Source: Candidatus Latescibacterota bacterium
GTDB taxonomy: Bacteria > Latescibacterota > UBA2968 > UBA8231
Assembly (NCBI GenBank): GCA_965223905.1
Contig: CBDCXV010000001.1
Coordinates: forward strand, 352,001 to 416,000
DNA: 64,000 nucleotides
Direction of reading: 5' to 3'
The translations under genes were made by a program, and so were the position numbers. The notes under the pieces are model-generated. The model saw nothing but the letters and a program-made list of their open reading frames with translations, searched no databases and had not been told where the DNA came from. The first letter of the stretch is position 1, and each line of letters starts with the position of its first letter. Shown here one piece after another: positions 1 through 11,367 of the stretch.

Positions 1-1384
<1,384 letters not shown>

Positions 1385-1416
1385 CAGCACACCCGAAAAA
1401 AGGCACGAACACGTAG

Positions 1417-3942
1417 ATGCTTGAGCATCGAGAGTCGCGAATCATACCGGTCAAGGTCGAGGACGAGATAAAGACCTCGTACCTCGACTATTCCATGAGC
1501 GTCAACATGGCGCGGGCATTGCCGGACGTACGCGATGGTCTCAAACCCTCCCAACGGCGCATCCTGGTGGCGATGAACGACCTCAACCTCCTGCCGGGAC
1601 GCGGGTTCCGGAAGTGCGCCAAGATTTCCGGCGACACCTCCGGCAACTACCATCCCCATGGAGACGAGGGAGTGTATGCCACCCTCGTGCACATGGCGCA
1701 GGAATTCCGCCTGCGTTACCCGCTCGTCGACGGCCAGGGAAACTTCGGCTCCATCGACGGCTACCCTCCCGCGGCCATGCGCTACACGGAGGCTCGCCTG
1801 ACCCCGGTCGCAGTCGAAATGCTGGCCGACATCGATCGGGACACCGTCGACTTTGTCGACAACTACGACGAGACCCGCCAAGAGCCTGCGGTGCTGCCGG
1901 CGAAATTCCCAAACCTTTTGTGCAACGGGTCGGTTGGCATCGGGGTCGGCATGGCGACGAGGATACCACCTCACAACATCAAGGAGGTCGCCGATGCGCT
2001 GAAGGCGCTGATCGACGACCCCGAGGTCGGCCTTTCCGAATTAATGGAGAAGATCAAGGCACCCGATTTCCCCACTGGGGGGGTCATCCAGGGGATGCAC
2101 GGGGTGCAAATGGCGTACCGCAGCGGTCGCGGCTCGATACAGCTGCGCGCACGCACCCATATCGAGACGCGGAGGGACGGACGCGAGAACATCATCGTCA
2201 CCGAGATTCCGTTTCTGATCGACAAGTCGACGCTGCTGGAGAAGATGGCGGACCTGGTGCGCAACAAAACGGTCGAAGACATCGCAAACATCCGCGACGA
2301 GTCGGGCCGCGGCGGCATGCGCATCGTCGTCGAGCTGAAGCGGTCGGCGCAGTCGGAAGTCGTTCTCAACCAGCTGTTCTCCCACAGCATGCTGCAGACC
2401 ACCTTCGGCGTGATGATGCTGGCAGTCATCAACGGCCGGCCGGAGATCCTCAATCTCAAGCAGATGCTGGAGCACTACGTCGCGCATCGCCACGACGTGG
2501 TTCTGCGCCGCACCCGCTTCGACCTGGCCAAAGCCGAGGCGCGCGCCCATATCCTCGAAGGCCTGCGTATCGCTCTCGACAACATAGACGCCGTAATCGA
2601 GCTGATCAGAGACTCGGCCAATCCGGACGAGGCGCGGCAGCGACTGACGGCCCGGTTCGAATTGAGCGAGGTCCAGGCACAGGCGATCCTGACGATGCCG
2701 CTGCAGCGGCTGACCGGCCTCGAGCGGGACAAGATCGAAGAGGAATACCAGAATCTGCAGGAGACGATTCGCCAGCTGAAGCACATCCTCGAGAACCGCG
2801 ACGCGCAGATGCAGATTCTCAAGGACGAACTGGCCGACATTCGCGAACGCTTCGGCGACGAGCGCCGAACCGAGATCGTCTACTCAGCCGAAGAGTTCGA
2901 CATCGAAGATCTGATCGCCGAAGAGGACATGGTGGTCACCATTTCCAAGGCAGGTTACGTAAAGCGCATGTCTCCGAACGCCTACCGGGTACAGCAGCGC
3001 GGCGGCCGCGGTGTGACGGGAATGAAGACGCGGGAGGAGGATTTCGTCGAGCATCTGTTCATCGCCTCGACGCACTCGTACATCCTTTTCCTCACCGCAC
3101 GAGGCCAGTGCAGGTGGCTCAAGGTGTACCGTATTCCAGAAGGGGATCGGGCGGCTCGCGGGCGACCTGTGGTCAACCTTCTCGATCTGCAGCCGGACGA
3201 TGTCATATCGGCGGTGGTCCCGGTCGGGGTATTTGCCGAGGACCGCTTCCTGTTTACCGCCACCCGCCAGGGAATCGTCAAGAAGACGGTTCTGTCCGCC
3301 TACGGAAACGTTCGCCGCGACGGCATCATCGCCCTCAAGGTTCAGGAGGACGACGATCTGATCGATGCCTCGATCACCGACGGCAGCGACGACGTAATGC
3401 TGGTGACGCGCAGTGGTCAGGCGGTGCGGTTCACGGAGAGGGACGTGCGCCCCATGGGGCGCGTGTCAACGGGCGTAAAGGGTATCGAATTGCGTGGCGG
3501 TGACGAAGTGGTCGACATGGTCGTCCTGCGCGGACAGGGCAGCATACTGACAATCTGCGAGCACGGCTACGGCAAGCGAACCGAGCCACAGGAGTATTCC
3601 CGGATTCGCCGAGGTGGAATGGGCGTCATCGATATCAAAACGACCGCCCGCAACGGATCGGTGGTGGCGTGCAGGGAGGTAACCGAGAGCGACGAGGTGA
3701 TGATCGTCACTCAGAATGGGATCATGATTCGCGTTCCTGTCGCGGGCATCCGCAAGATCGGCCGCAATACCCAGGGAGTCCGGGTCATCAACTTGGACAA
3801 GGGGGACCGGGTCATCGACATGACTCGAGTAGCACAGAGCCGCGAAATTAACGGAGACGCACCCTCCATAAGGGGAAACGGCGGTCCGACGCCGGATGCA
3901 GGCAACGGAAGCGAACCTCCGCCAGGACCCGCCGGCGGCTGA
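1417..3942 (+). CDS. gyrA: DNA gyrase subunit A
   Basis: RALPDVRDGLKP, YHPHGD, catalytic AAMRYTE, GyrA-box QQRGGRG, C-terminal beta-pinwheel repeats. Confidence 0.98.
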   Translation: MLEHRESRIIPVKVEDEIKTSYLDYSMSVNMARALPDVRDGLKPSQRRILVAMNDLNLLPGRGFRKCAKISGDTSGNYHPHGDEGVYATLVHMAQEFRLRYPLVDGQGNFGSIDGYPPAAMRYTEARLTPVAVEMLADIDRDTVDFVDNYDETRQEPAVLPAKFPNLLCNGSVGIGVGMATRIPPHNIKEVADALKALIDDPEVGLSELMEKIKAPDFPTGGVIQGMHGVQMAYRSGRGSIQLRARTHIETRRDGRENIIVTEIPFLIDKSTLLEKMADLVRNKTVEDIANIRDESGRGGMRIVVELKRSAQSEVVLNQLFSHSMLQTTFGVMMLAVINGRPEILNLKQMLEHYVAHRHDVVLRRTRFDLAKAEARAHILEGLRIALDNIDAVIELIRDSANPDEARQRLTARFELSEVQAQAILTMPLQRLTGLERDKIEEEYQNLQETIRQLKHILENRDAQMQILKDELADIRERFGDERRTEIVYSAEEFDIEDLIAEEDMVVTISKAGYVKRMSPNAYRVQQRGGRGVTGMKTREEDFVEHLFIASTHSYILFLTARGQCRWLKVYRIPEGDRAARGRPVVNLLDLQPDDVISAVVPVGVFAEDRFLFTATRQGIVKKTVLSAYGNVRRDGIIALKVQEDDDLIDASITDGSDDVMLVTRSGQAVRFTERDVRPMGRVSTGVKGIELRGGDEVVDMVVLRGQGSILTICEHGYGKRTEPQEYSRIRRGGMGVIDIKTTARNGSVVACREVTESDEVMIVTQNGIMIRVPVAGIRKIGRNTQGVRVINLDKGDRVIDMTRVAQSREINGDAPSIRGNGGPTPDAGNGSEPPPGPAGG

Positions 3943-3994
3943 GAGAATCGCCGTATGCTCCTGTATTTCAACCGCTTAGTCGATACTTAGCGAG

Positions 3995-4022
3995 TTGACG
4001 ATCAGCCGCGATCGGTTATATT
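3995..4022 (+). promoter_or_regulatory. sigma70-type promoter for the tRNA cluster
   Basis: TTGACG (3995-4000), 16-bp spacer, TATATT (4017-4022), about 33 bp before the first tRNA. Confidence 0.6.
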
Positions 4023-4055
4023 CCGACACTTACCGCCGGCCAGGAATCCAGTATC

Positions 4056-4142
4056 GGAGGGCTAGACCTAATTGGTAAGGCAGCGGTCTTGAAAACCGCC
4101 GGGTTCACACCCTTGTGGGTTCGAGTCCCACGCCCTCCGCCA
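4056..4142 (+). tRNA. tRNA-Ser(TGA)
   Basis: acceptor GGAGGGC/GCCCTCC, anticodon arm GCGGT-CTTGAAA-ACCGC, long variable arm, GTTCGAG T-loop, encoded CCA. Confidence 0.95.
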
Positions 4143-4174
4143 AGCGAACGCGTCCCGCCTGTGCGGGATAATAC

Positions 4175-4266
<92 letters not shown>

Positions 4267-4272
4267 GTTTTT

Positions 4273-4346
4273 TGCCCCCTCGTTCAATGGTAGGACACAT
4301 GACTCTGGATCATGTTATCGGGGTTCGAATCCCTGGGGGGCAGCCA
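4273..4346 (+). tRNA. tRNA-Gln(CTG)
   Basis: acceptor TGCCCCC/GGGGGCA, anticodon arm CATGA-CTCTGGA-TCATG, GTTCGAAT, CCA. Confidence 0.95.
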
Positions 4347-4374
4347 ACATGAGCCGCCTTCTAAGCGGACCGTC

Positions 4375-4411
4375 GAAAACCCCTGAAGCGTAGCTTCGGG
4401 GGTTTTCTTTT
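4375..4411 (+). terminator. rho-independent terminator after the tRNAs
   Basis: GAAAACCCCTGAAGC-GTA-GCTTCGGGGGTTTTC hairpin followed by TTTT. Confidence 0.8.
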
Positions 4412-4431
4412 CAGAAAGGAGGGGTGACCAA

Positions 4432-4968
4432 TTGCTAAAAAACCCGGGCACCAGGCGGGCGAAAAACTCAATAAATCTCGCACCATGGGTGCTATCCACC
4501 CTGGTGTGGGGGCTGGTGCATGCAGTCGGTTCCGAGACCTATGCGGCACCATCACATACGATCCCGCGTCACCCCAGACCACCGCCTTTTCGGGGATTTA
4601 TCCAAGCCAATAGCATCGACACCGGAAATGAGCGCCGCGACAACCACCTGAGAAGCGCGGACTTCTTCGACGTCGCCAAATACCCGCGCATCGAATTTGC
4701 CAGCACGTCGGTGCAGAAAGGGGTTGAAGATCGCCTTGAGGTAACCGGGACACTCTCCCTCCACGGTGTGACGAAGCCGGTGACCTTTCCGGTAGAGGTG
4801 CTCGGTGTAGGGGTTCATCCGATGAACGGAAAGGCGGTCGCCGGGTTCGCCGCAGAGTTGACGGTGAAGTGTTCCGAATACGGCGTCGACAACTGGACCG
4901 ATGCTGCCGGCGTTCTCGGAGACGAGGTGAAGATCACTGTACTGATAGAGGCACTCGGCGGGGAGTAG
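4432..4968 (+). pseudogene. YceI family protein, apparently with an internal deletion and locally shifted frame
   Basis: SIDTGNERRDNHLRSADFFD and GTLSLHGVTKPV are YceI motifs; the usual ID..HS...GRF segment is missing and GTITYDPASP lies in another frame at about 4544-4600. Confidence 0.7.
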
Positions 4969-4998
4969 CGCAGATCGGAAGCGCCCTGCCCGCTGCTC

Positions 4999-6123
4999 AT
5001 GAAGACCACTGAGTCGCACCTGGCATGGGCCCTGCTGGCACCAGCACTCACCGTTCTGGGGGTCTTCGGCGTATTCCCGATCGGCTACGCCCTCTTCGTC
5101 AGCCTGCACCGTTGGCGCCTGAAGAAGGGGGATTTCGTCGCCTTCGATCACTACCGACGTGCCCTGGGAGAAATTGAATTCGTCGGGCTGATCCTCCTGG
5201 CTGTGGCAGCGTGGCTGCTGTCGGTATGGGTCGCCAGGCGGCGCCGGTCACACCGACAGCACAGATTGCTCCAGGCCACTGGAGCCGGGCTCGGTGTCAC
5301 GGCGGCACTCGCCGCGGTTGCAGGAGTCGCCGGCATGGGGAGCACGGGCGACCCCAGGCTCTTCAATGCCTTTCTGGTAACCGCATTCTACGCCTTCGGG
5401 ACGATCCCGATCGAGGTAGGCGTCTCGACGCTTCTGGCCTACATGCTTTTCAGGGCCACCCAGGGCAGAGGCTTTTTCCGCGTTCTCTACTTCCTGCCCT
5501 ACGTCACCCCGATGATCGCCACGGCCGTCCTGTTCCGCACCCTTTTCAGTCCGCATCCCTCCTCGCTCGCCAACCGCATCTGGGGGTTTCTTGGCTTCGA
5601 ACACCAGCGCTGGCTGTTCGAGAGCCGATCCATCGCGGCGCTGGTCTGCGAGGGGTTCGAGCTCTCCTGTCCGGATTGGGCAAATGTGTTTTTCCCCAGT
5701 CTGGCACTCGTCTCCGTAGTGCTCTACAACATCTGGGTTTATATCGGCTACGACACGGTGATCCTGCTGGCCGGACTGAGTGCCATTCCCCGCCATTACT
5801 ACGAAGCGGCGGCCATAGACGGCGCAAATGCCTTGCAGTCCTTTCGCCATGTAACCGTTCCGCTGATTTCACCCACCCTGTTTTTCATTACGCTGGTCGG
5901 CTTTATCGGCACCTTCAAGGCCTTCAATCACATCTACATCCTGCGCACCGCCGGCGCCCGCGATACCGTCGACGTGGTCAGCATCCTGATTTTCGACCGC
6001 CTCTACAACTACCAGGACGCCGGCTACGCCTCCTGCCTGTCGCTGATTCTGTTCGCGGCGATTCTCGCCTTGACGCTTGCCCAGAACCGGTTGCTGGGAC
6101 GGCGAGTGTTCTACGGGGAGTGA
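4999..6123 (+). CDS. carbohydrate ABC transporter permease
   Basis: multiple TM segments; EAA loop YEAAAIDGA; FLPYVTP. Confidence 0.9.
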   Translation: MKTTESHLAWALLAPALTVLGVFGVFPIGYALFVSLHRWRLKKGDFVAFDHYRRALGEIEFVGLILLAVAAWLLSVWVARRRRSHRQHRLLQATGAGLGVTAALAAVAGVAGMGSTGDPRLFNAFLVTAFYAFGTIPIEVGVSTLLAYMLFRATQGRGFFRVLYFLPYVTPMIATAVLFRTLFSPHPSSLANRIWGFLGFEHQRWLFESRSIAALVCEGFELSCPDWANVFFPSLALVSVVLYNIWVYIGYDTVILLAGLSAIPRHYYEAAAIDGANALQSFRHVTVPLISPTLFFITLVGFIGTFKAFNHIYILRTAGARDTVDVVSILIFDRLYNYQDAGYASCLSLILFAAILALTLAQNRLLGRRVFYGE

Positions 6124-6126
6124 GCC

Positions 6127-6975
6127 ATGGAGCGGGCAAGGTACCTGCCACGGTTGGTTCCCTGGCTGACGTATTCCGGGCTGGCCCTCGGCGCGGTGAT
6201 TGCAGGGCTCCCGTTTGCGTGGATGCTGCTGGCCTCCTTCATGACCCGGGGCGAAACCCTGAGGAGAGTGTTCGCCCCCGCGGACCTGCAATGGAGCAAC
6301 TACATCAGGGCATGGAGGGAGGAGGACTTCGCTCTATATTTCGAGAATTCACTTCTGATCGCGGCGCTGCAGGTCAGCGGAACCCTGTTGTTCTCCCTGC
6401 TGGCGGCGTACGCCCTGGCGCGCTTGCGGTTCAAGGGGCGCGAGGTTGTCTTCTACGGCATACTCGCAACCCTGATGGTTCCCGAAACGGTCACCATGGT
6501 TCCAAACTTCCTCACCGTGTCGTGGCTTCACCAGCACAGCCCATTTGACTGGATCAACAACTGGCCGGCCCTCACGATTCCATTCATGGGCAGCGCCTTC
6601 AGCATTTTCCTTCTGCGCCAGTTCATGCGCGGCATACCGAGCGAGCTCTGGGACGCGGCACGCATCGACGGCGCCGGACATATGCGGTTTCTGTTCCAGG
6701 TCGCGGCGCCCCTGTGCCGGGCGCCCCTGCTGACCGTCGGCATGTTTACCCTGATCGGATCCTGGAACGCCCTGGGATGGCCGCTGCTGGTCACTAATTC
6801 GCCCGAGTGGCGGCCGATTTCGGTAGCCCTGCAGAAATTCGTCAGCGAAGCCGGACCCGAGGTGCATCTGCAGATGGCGGGAGCCGTAATCGCCACCGTA
6901 CCGGTCCTGTTGATCTACGCCCTTGTTCAACGGGAGTTCACCTCGGGGATATCGATGTCGGGACTGAAAGGATGA
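6127..6975 (+). CDS. carbohydrate ABC transporter permease (MalG/UgpE-like)
   Basis: AAYALAR, LLRQF, DAARIDGA, WN..WPL motifs. Confidence 0.92.
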   Translation: MERARYLPRLVPWLTYSGLALGAVIAGLPFAWMLLASFMTRGETLRRVFAPADLQWSNYIRAWREEDFALYFENSLLIAALQVSGTLLFSLLAAYALARLRFKGREVVFYGILATLMVPETVTMVPNFLTVSWLHQHSPFDWINNWPALTIPFMGSAFSIFLLRQFMRGIPSELWDAARIDGAGHMRFLFQVAAPLCRAPLLTVGMFTLIGSWNALGWPLLVTNSPEWRPISVALQKFVSEAGPEVHLQMAGAVIATVPVLLIYALVQREFTSGISMSGLKG

Positions 6976-8315
6976 GGCGAACGGGAACTGGTCCGGTGCT
7001 GCTGCTCGTAGCGGCAATCGCACTATGCTGCGGGGACCACCGGGAAGACGGCGCCAGACAGGTAGCGGGCACTCCTTCCCCGGAAGCGGTCGACCCATCC
7101 GAGACAGAGGTCGTCTTCTGGTACCAGCACACCCAGATGCGAGAAGAGGCCCTGCTGGAGCTGACCGAAGACTTCAATCGCACCAATTCTCACGGAATCC
7201 GCGTGCGTGGGGAATTCGCTGGGCGGTACAGCGACATCTACAACAAGATGATGGTCGGCCTGCAGGGAGGAGAGCTGCCCGAGCTGGTAGTCGCCTACCA
7301 GAACCAGGCCGTTGTCTACAACATGGGGGAAGGCCTGGTTGATCTGACCCCGTACATGGATTCGCCGAAATGGGGATTGAGCGCATCTGAGCGGGAGGAC
7401 TACGTGCAGGCCTTTCTCGCCCAGGATTTCATCGACGGCAAGCAGATCTGCTTTCCGCCCAACCGTTCCTTGGAAATCCTCTACTACAACGCCGACTGGC
7501 TGCGCGAGCTCGGTGCGGAGGGCCCCCCGGCGACCTGGGAAGAGTTTACCCGCCTCTGCAGGCTGGCAAAGTCCCGGCCGTTTCGCGCGGCGCAGCCGGT
7601 CAGTCGCAGCAAGGGATACCTGTTCGAGGCCGAAGCGAGCCGCATGGCCACCCTGGTCTTCACGCGCGGCGGCGACTTCATGGACGCGGCGCGAACCGCA
7701 TATACACTCGATACGCCGGAGATGCGGCAGGCCCTCGCTATGATGCAGGGCATGATCCGGGAAGGGGCGGCAGATCTGCTCAGCGAGCGCTACGAAGACC
7801 AGACCGAGTTCGCGCTCGGCCAGGTCCTGTTCATGATTCGCTCCTCCTCCGGCCTGCCGTTCGTGGCCAGCGCCCTGGCCGACGCCCCGACCCGGTTCGC
7901 ATGGGATGTGGCACTGCCGCCTCGAGACGGGGAGGACCCCGTGCTCAATGCCTACGGTGCCAGCGTGTCGGTGTGTCGCTCGACGCCGGAGAAGCAACTG
8001 GCCTCCTGGCTGTTTCTCAAGTGGTTCACCGCCCCGGAGCAGCAGGCGCGCTGGGTCAAGGCGAGCAACTACTTCCCGGTGCGCCGCAGCACGGCGGCGC
8101 AACTCACCGGCTACTTCGAGGAGAATCCACGCTACGGCAAGGCCTACGGTTTTCTCGATTTCGGCAAGGCGGAGCCGTCCGTGCCGGGGTATGAGGCGGT
8201 GCGCCGCAAGATCGCAGAGGCGATGGTCGAGGTCGCGCAGGGAGGGGAGATCTCCCCGGTGCTGCAACGGCTCGAAGAAGAGGCCAACCACGTTCTCGAC
8301 GAGTTCGAAATGTGA
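6972..8315 (+). CDS. ABC transporter extracellular solute-binding protein (family 1, UgpB-like)
   Basis: ATGA overlap with the permease; signal peptide ending LCC; LYYNAD, PPATWEEF, WLFLKWF. Confidence 0.88.
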   Translation: MRRTGTGPVLLLVAAIALCCGDHREDGARQVAGTPSPEAVDPSETEVVFWYQHTQMREEALLELTEDFNRTNSHGIRVRGEFAGRYSDIYNKMMVGLQGGELPELVVAYQNQAVVYNMGEGLVDLTPYMDSPKWGLSASEREDYVQAFLAQDFIDGKQICFPPNRSLEILYYNADWLRELGAEGPPATWEEFTRLCRLAKSRPFRAAQPVSRSKGYLFEAEASRMATLVFTRGGDFMDAARTAYTLDTPEMRQALAMMQGMIREGAADLLSERYEDQTEFALGQVLFMIRSSSGLPFVASALADAPTRFAWDVALPPRDGEDPVLNAYGASVSVCRSTPEKQLASWLFLKWFTAPEQQARWVKASNYFPVRRSTAAQLTGYFEENPRYGKAYGFLDFGKAEPSVPGYEAVRRKIAEAMVEVAQGGEISPVLQRLEEEANHVLDEFEM

Positions 8316-8425
8316 TAGATCCGCTTCGGCGGCCGGGCCGCTGATGTGCGGATCGATTTACGGACCGGTTGCCTGCCGTTGCGGCAGGGTCTGAGTCGAC
8401 AACGGAAACAGCAGAGAGGAGAAAG

Positions 8426-9817
8426 ATGGACGTACGCATTGAATCGGACAGCATGGGCGACGTGGAAGTCGCTGCCGACCGTTACTACGGCGCCCAGACG
8501 CAGCGGTCGTTGCAGAATTTCGCTATCGGCCAGGAGCGGTTTACGCGGGAAATGATCAAGGCGTTGGGCATCGTCAAAAAGGCGTCTGCCCTGGTAAACC
8601 ATGAGCTTGGGACCTTGGAAAAGGGTCTCGCGGACCTGATCGCCATGGCCGCAGACGAGGTTATCGCCGGAGACTGGGACGATCACTTTCCCCTGGTCGT
8701 ATGGCAGACAGGCAGCGGCACGCAGTCGAACATGAACGCCAACGAGGTAATTTCGAATCGCGCCATCGAGATGGCCGGCGGCAAGCTGGGGTCGAAAGAG
8801 CCGGTACACCCAAACGACCATGTCAACAGTAGCCAGTCGTCCAACGACGTGTTTCCCACGGCAATGCACATCGCCGCGGTGGACGCGATCGCCAACAGCC
8901 TCATTCCCTCCTTGCAGCAGCTGGTGGCGACATTCGACGAAAAAGCGAGGCGCTTCGACGACGTGATTAAGATCGGCCGCACCCACCTGCAGGATGCCAC
9001 ACCCCTGACTCTGGGCCAGGAGCTTTCCGGTCATGCCGCGCAACTGCACGAGGGCATCCGTCGCGCCCGGGCGGCCCTGCAACCGCTGTACAAACTGGCG
9101 CTGGGAGGCACAGCGGTAGGCACCGGCCTCAACTCGAAGAAGGGGTTCGATGAAAAGGTAGCGGCCGCCATTGCCCGGGAGACCGGGCAGCCCTTTGTGA
9201 CGGCCCCGAACAAGTACGAGGCCCTGGCCGCTCACGATGCGCTGGTCGAGGCTTCCGGCATGTTGAAGACGATCGCCGCATCGCTGATGAAGATCGCTAA
9301 CGACGTGCGCTGGATGGCCTCTGGACCGCGGAGCGGCCTCGGTGAGATTTTCATTCCCGAGAACGAACCGGGTTCTTCGATCATGCCGGGGAAAGTCAAC
9401 CCGACTCAGTGCGAGGCGCTGACGATGGTGTGTGCCCAGGTCATGGGAAATGACGCGGCCGTCGGCTTCTCGGGTGCCTCGGGCAACTTCGAGCTCAACG
9501 TCTTCAAACCGGTCATCATCCACAACGTGCTGACGTCGACCCGGCTGCTGGCCGACGCGGCGCGCAGTTTCGACATCCACTGCGCCGTAGGCATTGAGCC
9601 CAACCGCGAGCGCATCGAAGCATTGATGCAGCAGTCGCTCATGCTGGTCACGGCCCTGAACCCCCACATCGGGTACGACAATGCCGCCAAGGTGGCAAAG
9701 ACCGCGTACAGCGAAGGTAAAACCCTGAGGGAGGCGGCCGTGGAGATGGGGCTGCTCACCCCGGAACAGTTCGATGAATGGGTGCGGCCCGAAAAGATGG
9801 TTTCGCCGTCGTCGTAA
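8426..9817 (+). CDS. fumC: class II fumarate hydratase
   Basis: [40 protein letters not shown] signature; AGGAG RBS before ATG 8426. Confidence 0.97.
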   Translation: MDVRIESDSMGDVEVAADRYYGAQTQRSLQNFAIGQERFTREMIKALGIVKKASALVNHELGTLEKGLADLIAMAADEVIAGDWDDHFPLVVWQTGSGTQSNMNANEVISNRAIEMAGGKLGSKEPVHPNDHVNSSQSSNDVFPTAMHIAAVDAIANSLIPSLQQLVATFDEKARRFDDVIKIGRTHLQDATPLTLGQELSGHAAQLHEGIRRARAALQPLYKLALGGTAVGTGLNSKKGFDEKVAAAIARETGQPFVTAPNKYEALAAHDALVEASGMLKTIAASLMKIANDVRWMASGPRSGLGEIFIPENEPGSSIMPGKVNPTQCEALTMVCAQVMGNDAAVGFSGASGNFELNVFKPVIIHNVLTSTRLLADAARSFDIHCAVGIEPNRERIEALMQQSLMLVTALNPHIGYDNAAKVAKTAYSEGKTLREAAVEMGLLTPEQFDEWVRPEKMVSPSS

Positions 9818-9974
9818 GGCATTTCGCGCCTGTTCGCCGGATGCCCTCTATTCCTTCAGGAGACCGGGGCAGTGTCCGTCCCCGGCTCCGTTTGCCCACA
9901 ATCGCGTTTTCCGGGATCGGTCACAGCCGTAAGTTCGGTTTCCTCAGCGAGGCAATAAGGGAAATCGGGTGCGC

Positions 9975-11324
9975 ATGAAAACGGTGAAATTCGGCGGCAG
10001 CTCCTTGGCGACGTCCTCGTCGGTCCGCACCGTCGCCGATATCATCCGGGCAGACGAACAGCGCCGACTCGTCGTCGTATCGGCGCCCGGCAAACGCAGT
10101 CCCGGCGACGTCAAGGTGACCGATCTGTTGATCGCCGCAGCCGAGGCGCGACTGACCAACAGGAGCGGCCGCGAAGAGATGGACCGGGTCGTTTCCCGCT
10201 TCGAAGAGATCGCCGGGGGTCTCGGGCTCGCGTCGTCATCGATCCAGACGATCGCCACCGACCTCGAAGCCCGGCTGCAGTCTGACCCTGGAGACGAAGA
10301 CCTGTTTTCGGACACCCTGAAGGCGGCCGGCGAAGCGAACTGCGCTCGTCTGGTGGCGGAGCATCTCTGCTCCCAGGGTACCGAGGCCCACTATGTAGAC
10401 CCGCTGGAAGGCGGCATGATGCTGTCGGATGAACCGGGCAACGCCCGCGTCCTGCGCCAATCGTACGGCAAACTCAGAAACCTGCGAGAGCGTCCCGGCA
10501 TCACCCTGTTTCCCGGGTTCTTCGGCTACTCGGAGAGTGGCCGGCTGGTCACGTTTCCGCGCGGGGGTTCCGATATCACCGGGGCGATTCTCGCCGCGGC
10601 TGTCGACGCCGAGCTCTACGAGAATTTCACCGATGTCGACTCCGTGTTCGCCGCCAGTCCCCAGCATGTCGACGACCCGCGCGGCGTTCCGGAGATCACC
10701 TACCGGGAGATGCGAGAGCTGTCGTACGCCGGTTTTTCGGTGTTTCACGACGAAGCGCTCGAGCCGGTGTTTCACGCCGCGATTCCGGTTGCTGTGAAAA
10801 ACACCAACAACCCCGACGCTCCCGGAACCCGCATAGTCCCGTCGCGAACGGTCGCCGATGACCCCGTCGTCGGCATCGCCGCCACAGGCGGCTTCTGCAG
10901 CATGTACGTCAGCAAATACCTGATGAACCGGGAGGTCGGCTTCGGACGGCGGCTGCTCCAGATCTACGAAGACGAGGCGATTCCGTTCGAGCACACCCCG
11001 TCTGGAATCGACAACATATCCGTGATTGTCCGGGAGGAGTACCTGAACCACGCGGCCGAAGAACGGGTCGTCCGCCGTATTCGCACCGAGCTCGAAGCGG
11101 ACGAGGTTTCGGTTGAGCGCGGGCTGGCTCTGGTGATGGTAGTCGGTGAAGGGATGCGTCACACCATCGGGCTGGCGGCGCGGGCGACCTCCGCGTTCTC
11201 GCGCGCCCGAGTCAACCTGGAAATGATCAACCAGGGATCGAGCGAAGTCAGCATGATGTTCGGCGTAAAGGAGACGGATGTGGCCGCGGCAGTTCAGTCG
11301 CTCTATGCAGAGTTTTTCGGTTAG
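9975..11324 (+). CDS. lysC: aspartate kinase with ACT domains (Bacillus YclM-like)
   Basis: VKFGGSSLA, VVSAPGK, RGGSDITG, TDVD, MRELSY; C-terminal ACT domains. Confidence 0.9.
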   Translation: MKTVKFGGSSLATSSSVRTVADIIRADEQRRLVVVSAPGKRSPGDVKVTDLLIAAAEARLTNRSGREEMDRVVSRFEEIAGGLGLASSSIQTIATDLEARLQSDPGDEDLFSDTLKAAGEANCARLVAEHLCSQGTEAHYVDPLEGGMMLSDEPGNARVLRQSYGKLRNLRERPGITLFPGFFGYSESGRLVTFPRGGSDITGAILAAAVDAELYENFTDVDSVFAASPQHVDDPRGVPEITYREMRELSYAGFSVFHDEALEPVFHAAIPVAVKNTNNPDAPGTRIVPSRTVADDPVVGIAATGGFCSMYVSKYLMNREVGFGRRLLQIYEDEAIPFEHTPSGIDNISVIVREEYLNHAAEERVVRRIRTELEADEVSVERGLALVMVVGEGMRHTIGLAARATSAFSRARVNLEMINQGSSEVSMMFGVKETDVAAAVQSLYAEFFG

Positions 11325-11367
11325 CCCAACCCCCTGGTGGAAACAACGGCAAAGGAGAAAACCTGTC

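Noticed and set aside
1614-3503. Long alternative-frame and antisense ORFs (e.g. 1614-3503, 53249-55792, 52914-55268, 57566-59536, 59708-61222)
   Set aside because: Arg/Gly/Pro-rich shadows of high-GC genes that overlap well-supported CDSs
4273-4346. tRNA 3' end as attachment site for the downstream accessory region
   Set aside because: No duplicated tRNA 3' end and no integrase found in the window
4999-8315. Sugar ABC cluster lacking an ATPase gene
   Set aside because: Common arrangement; CUT1 systems often share an ATPase encoded elsewhere
9818-9974. Lysine riboswitch upstream of aspartate kinase
   Set aside because: No recognisable L-box conserved sequence and the leader is short
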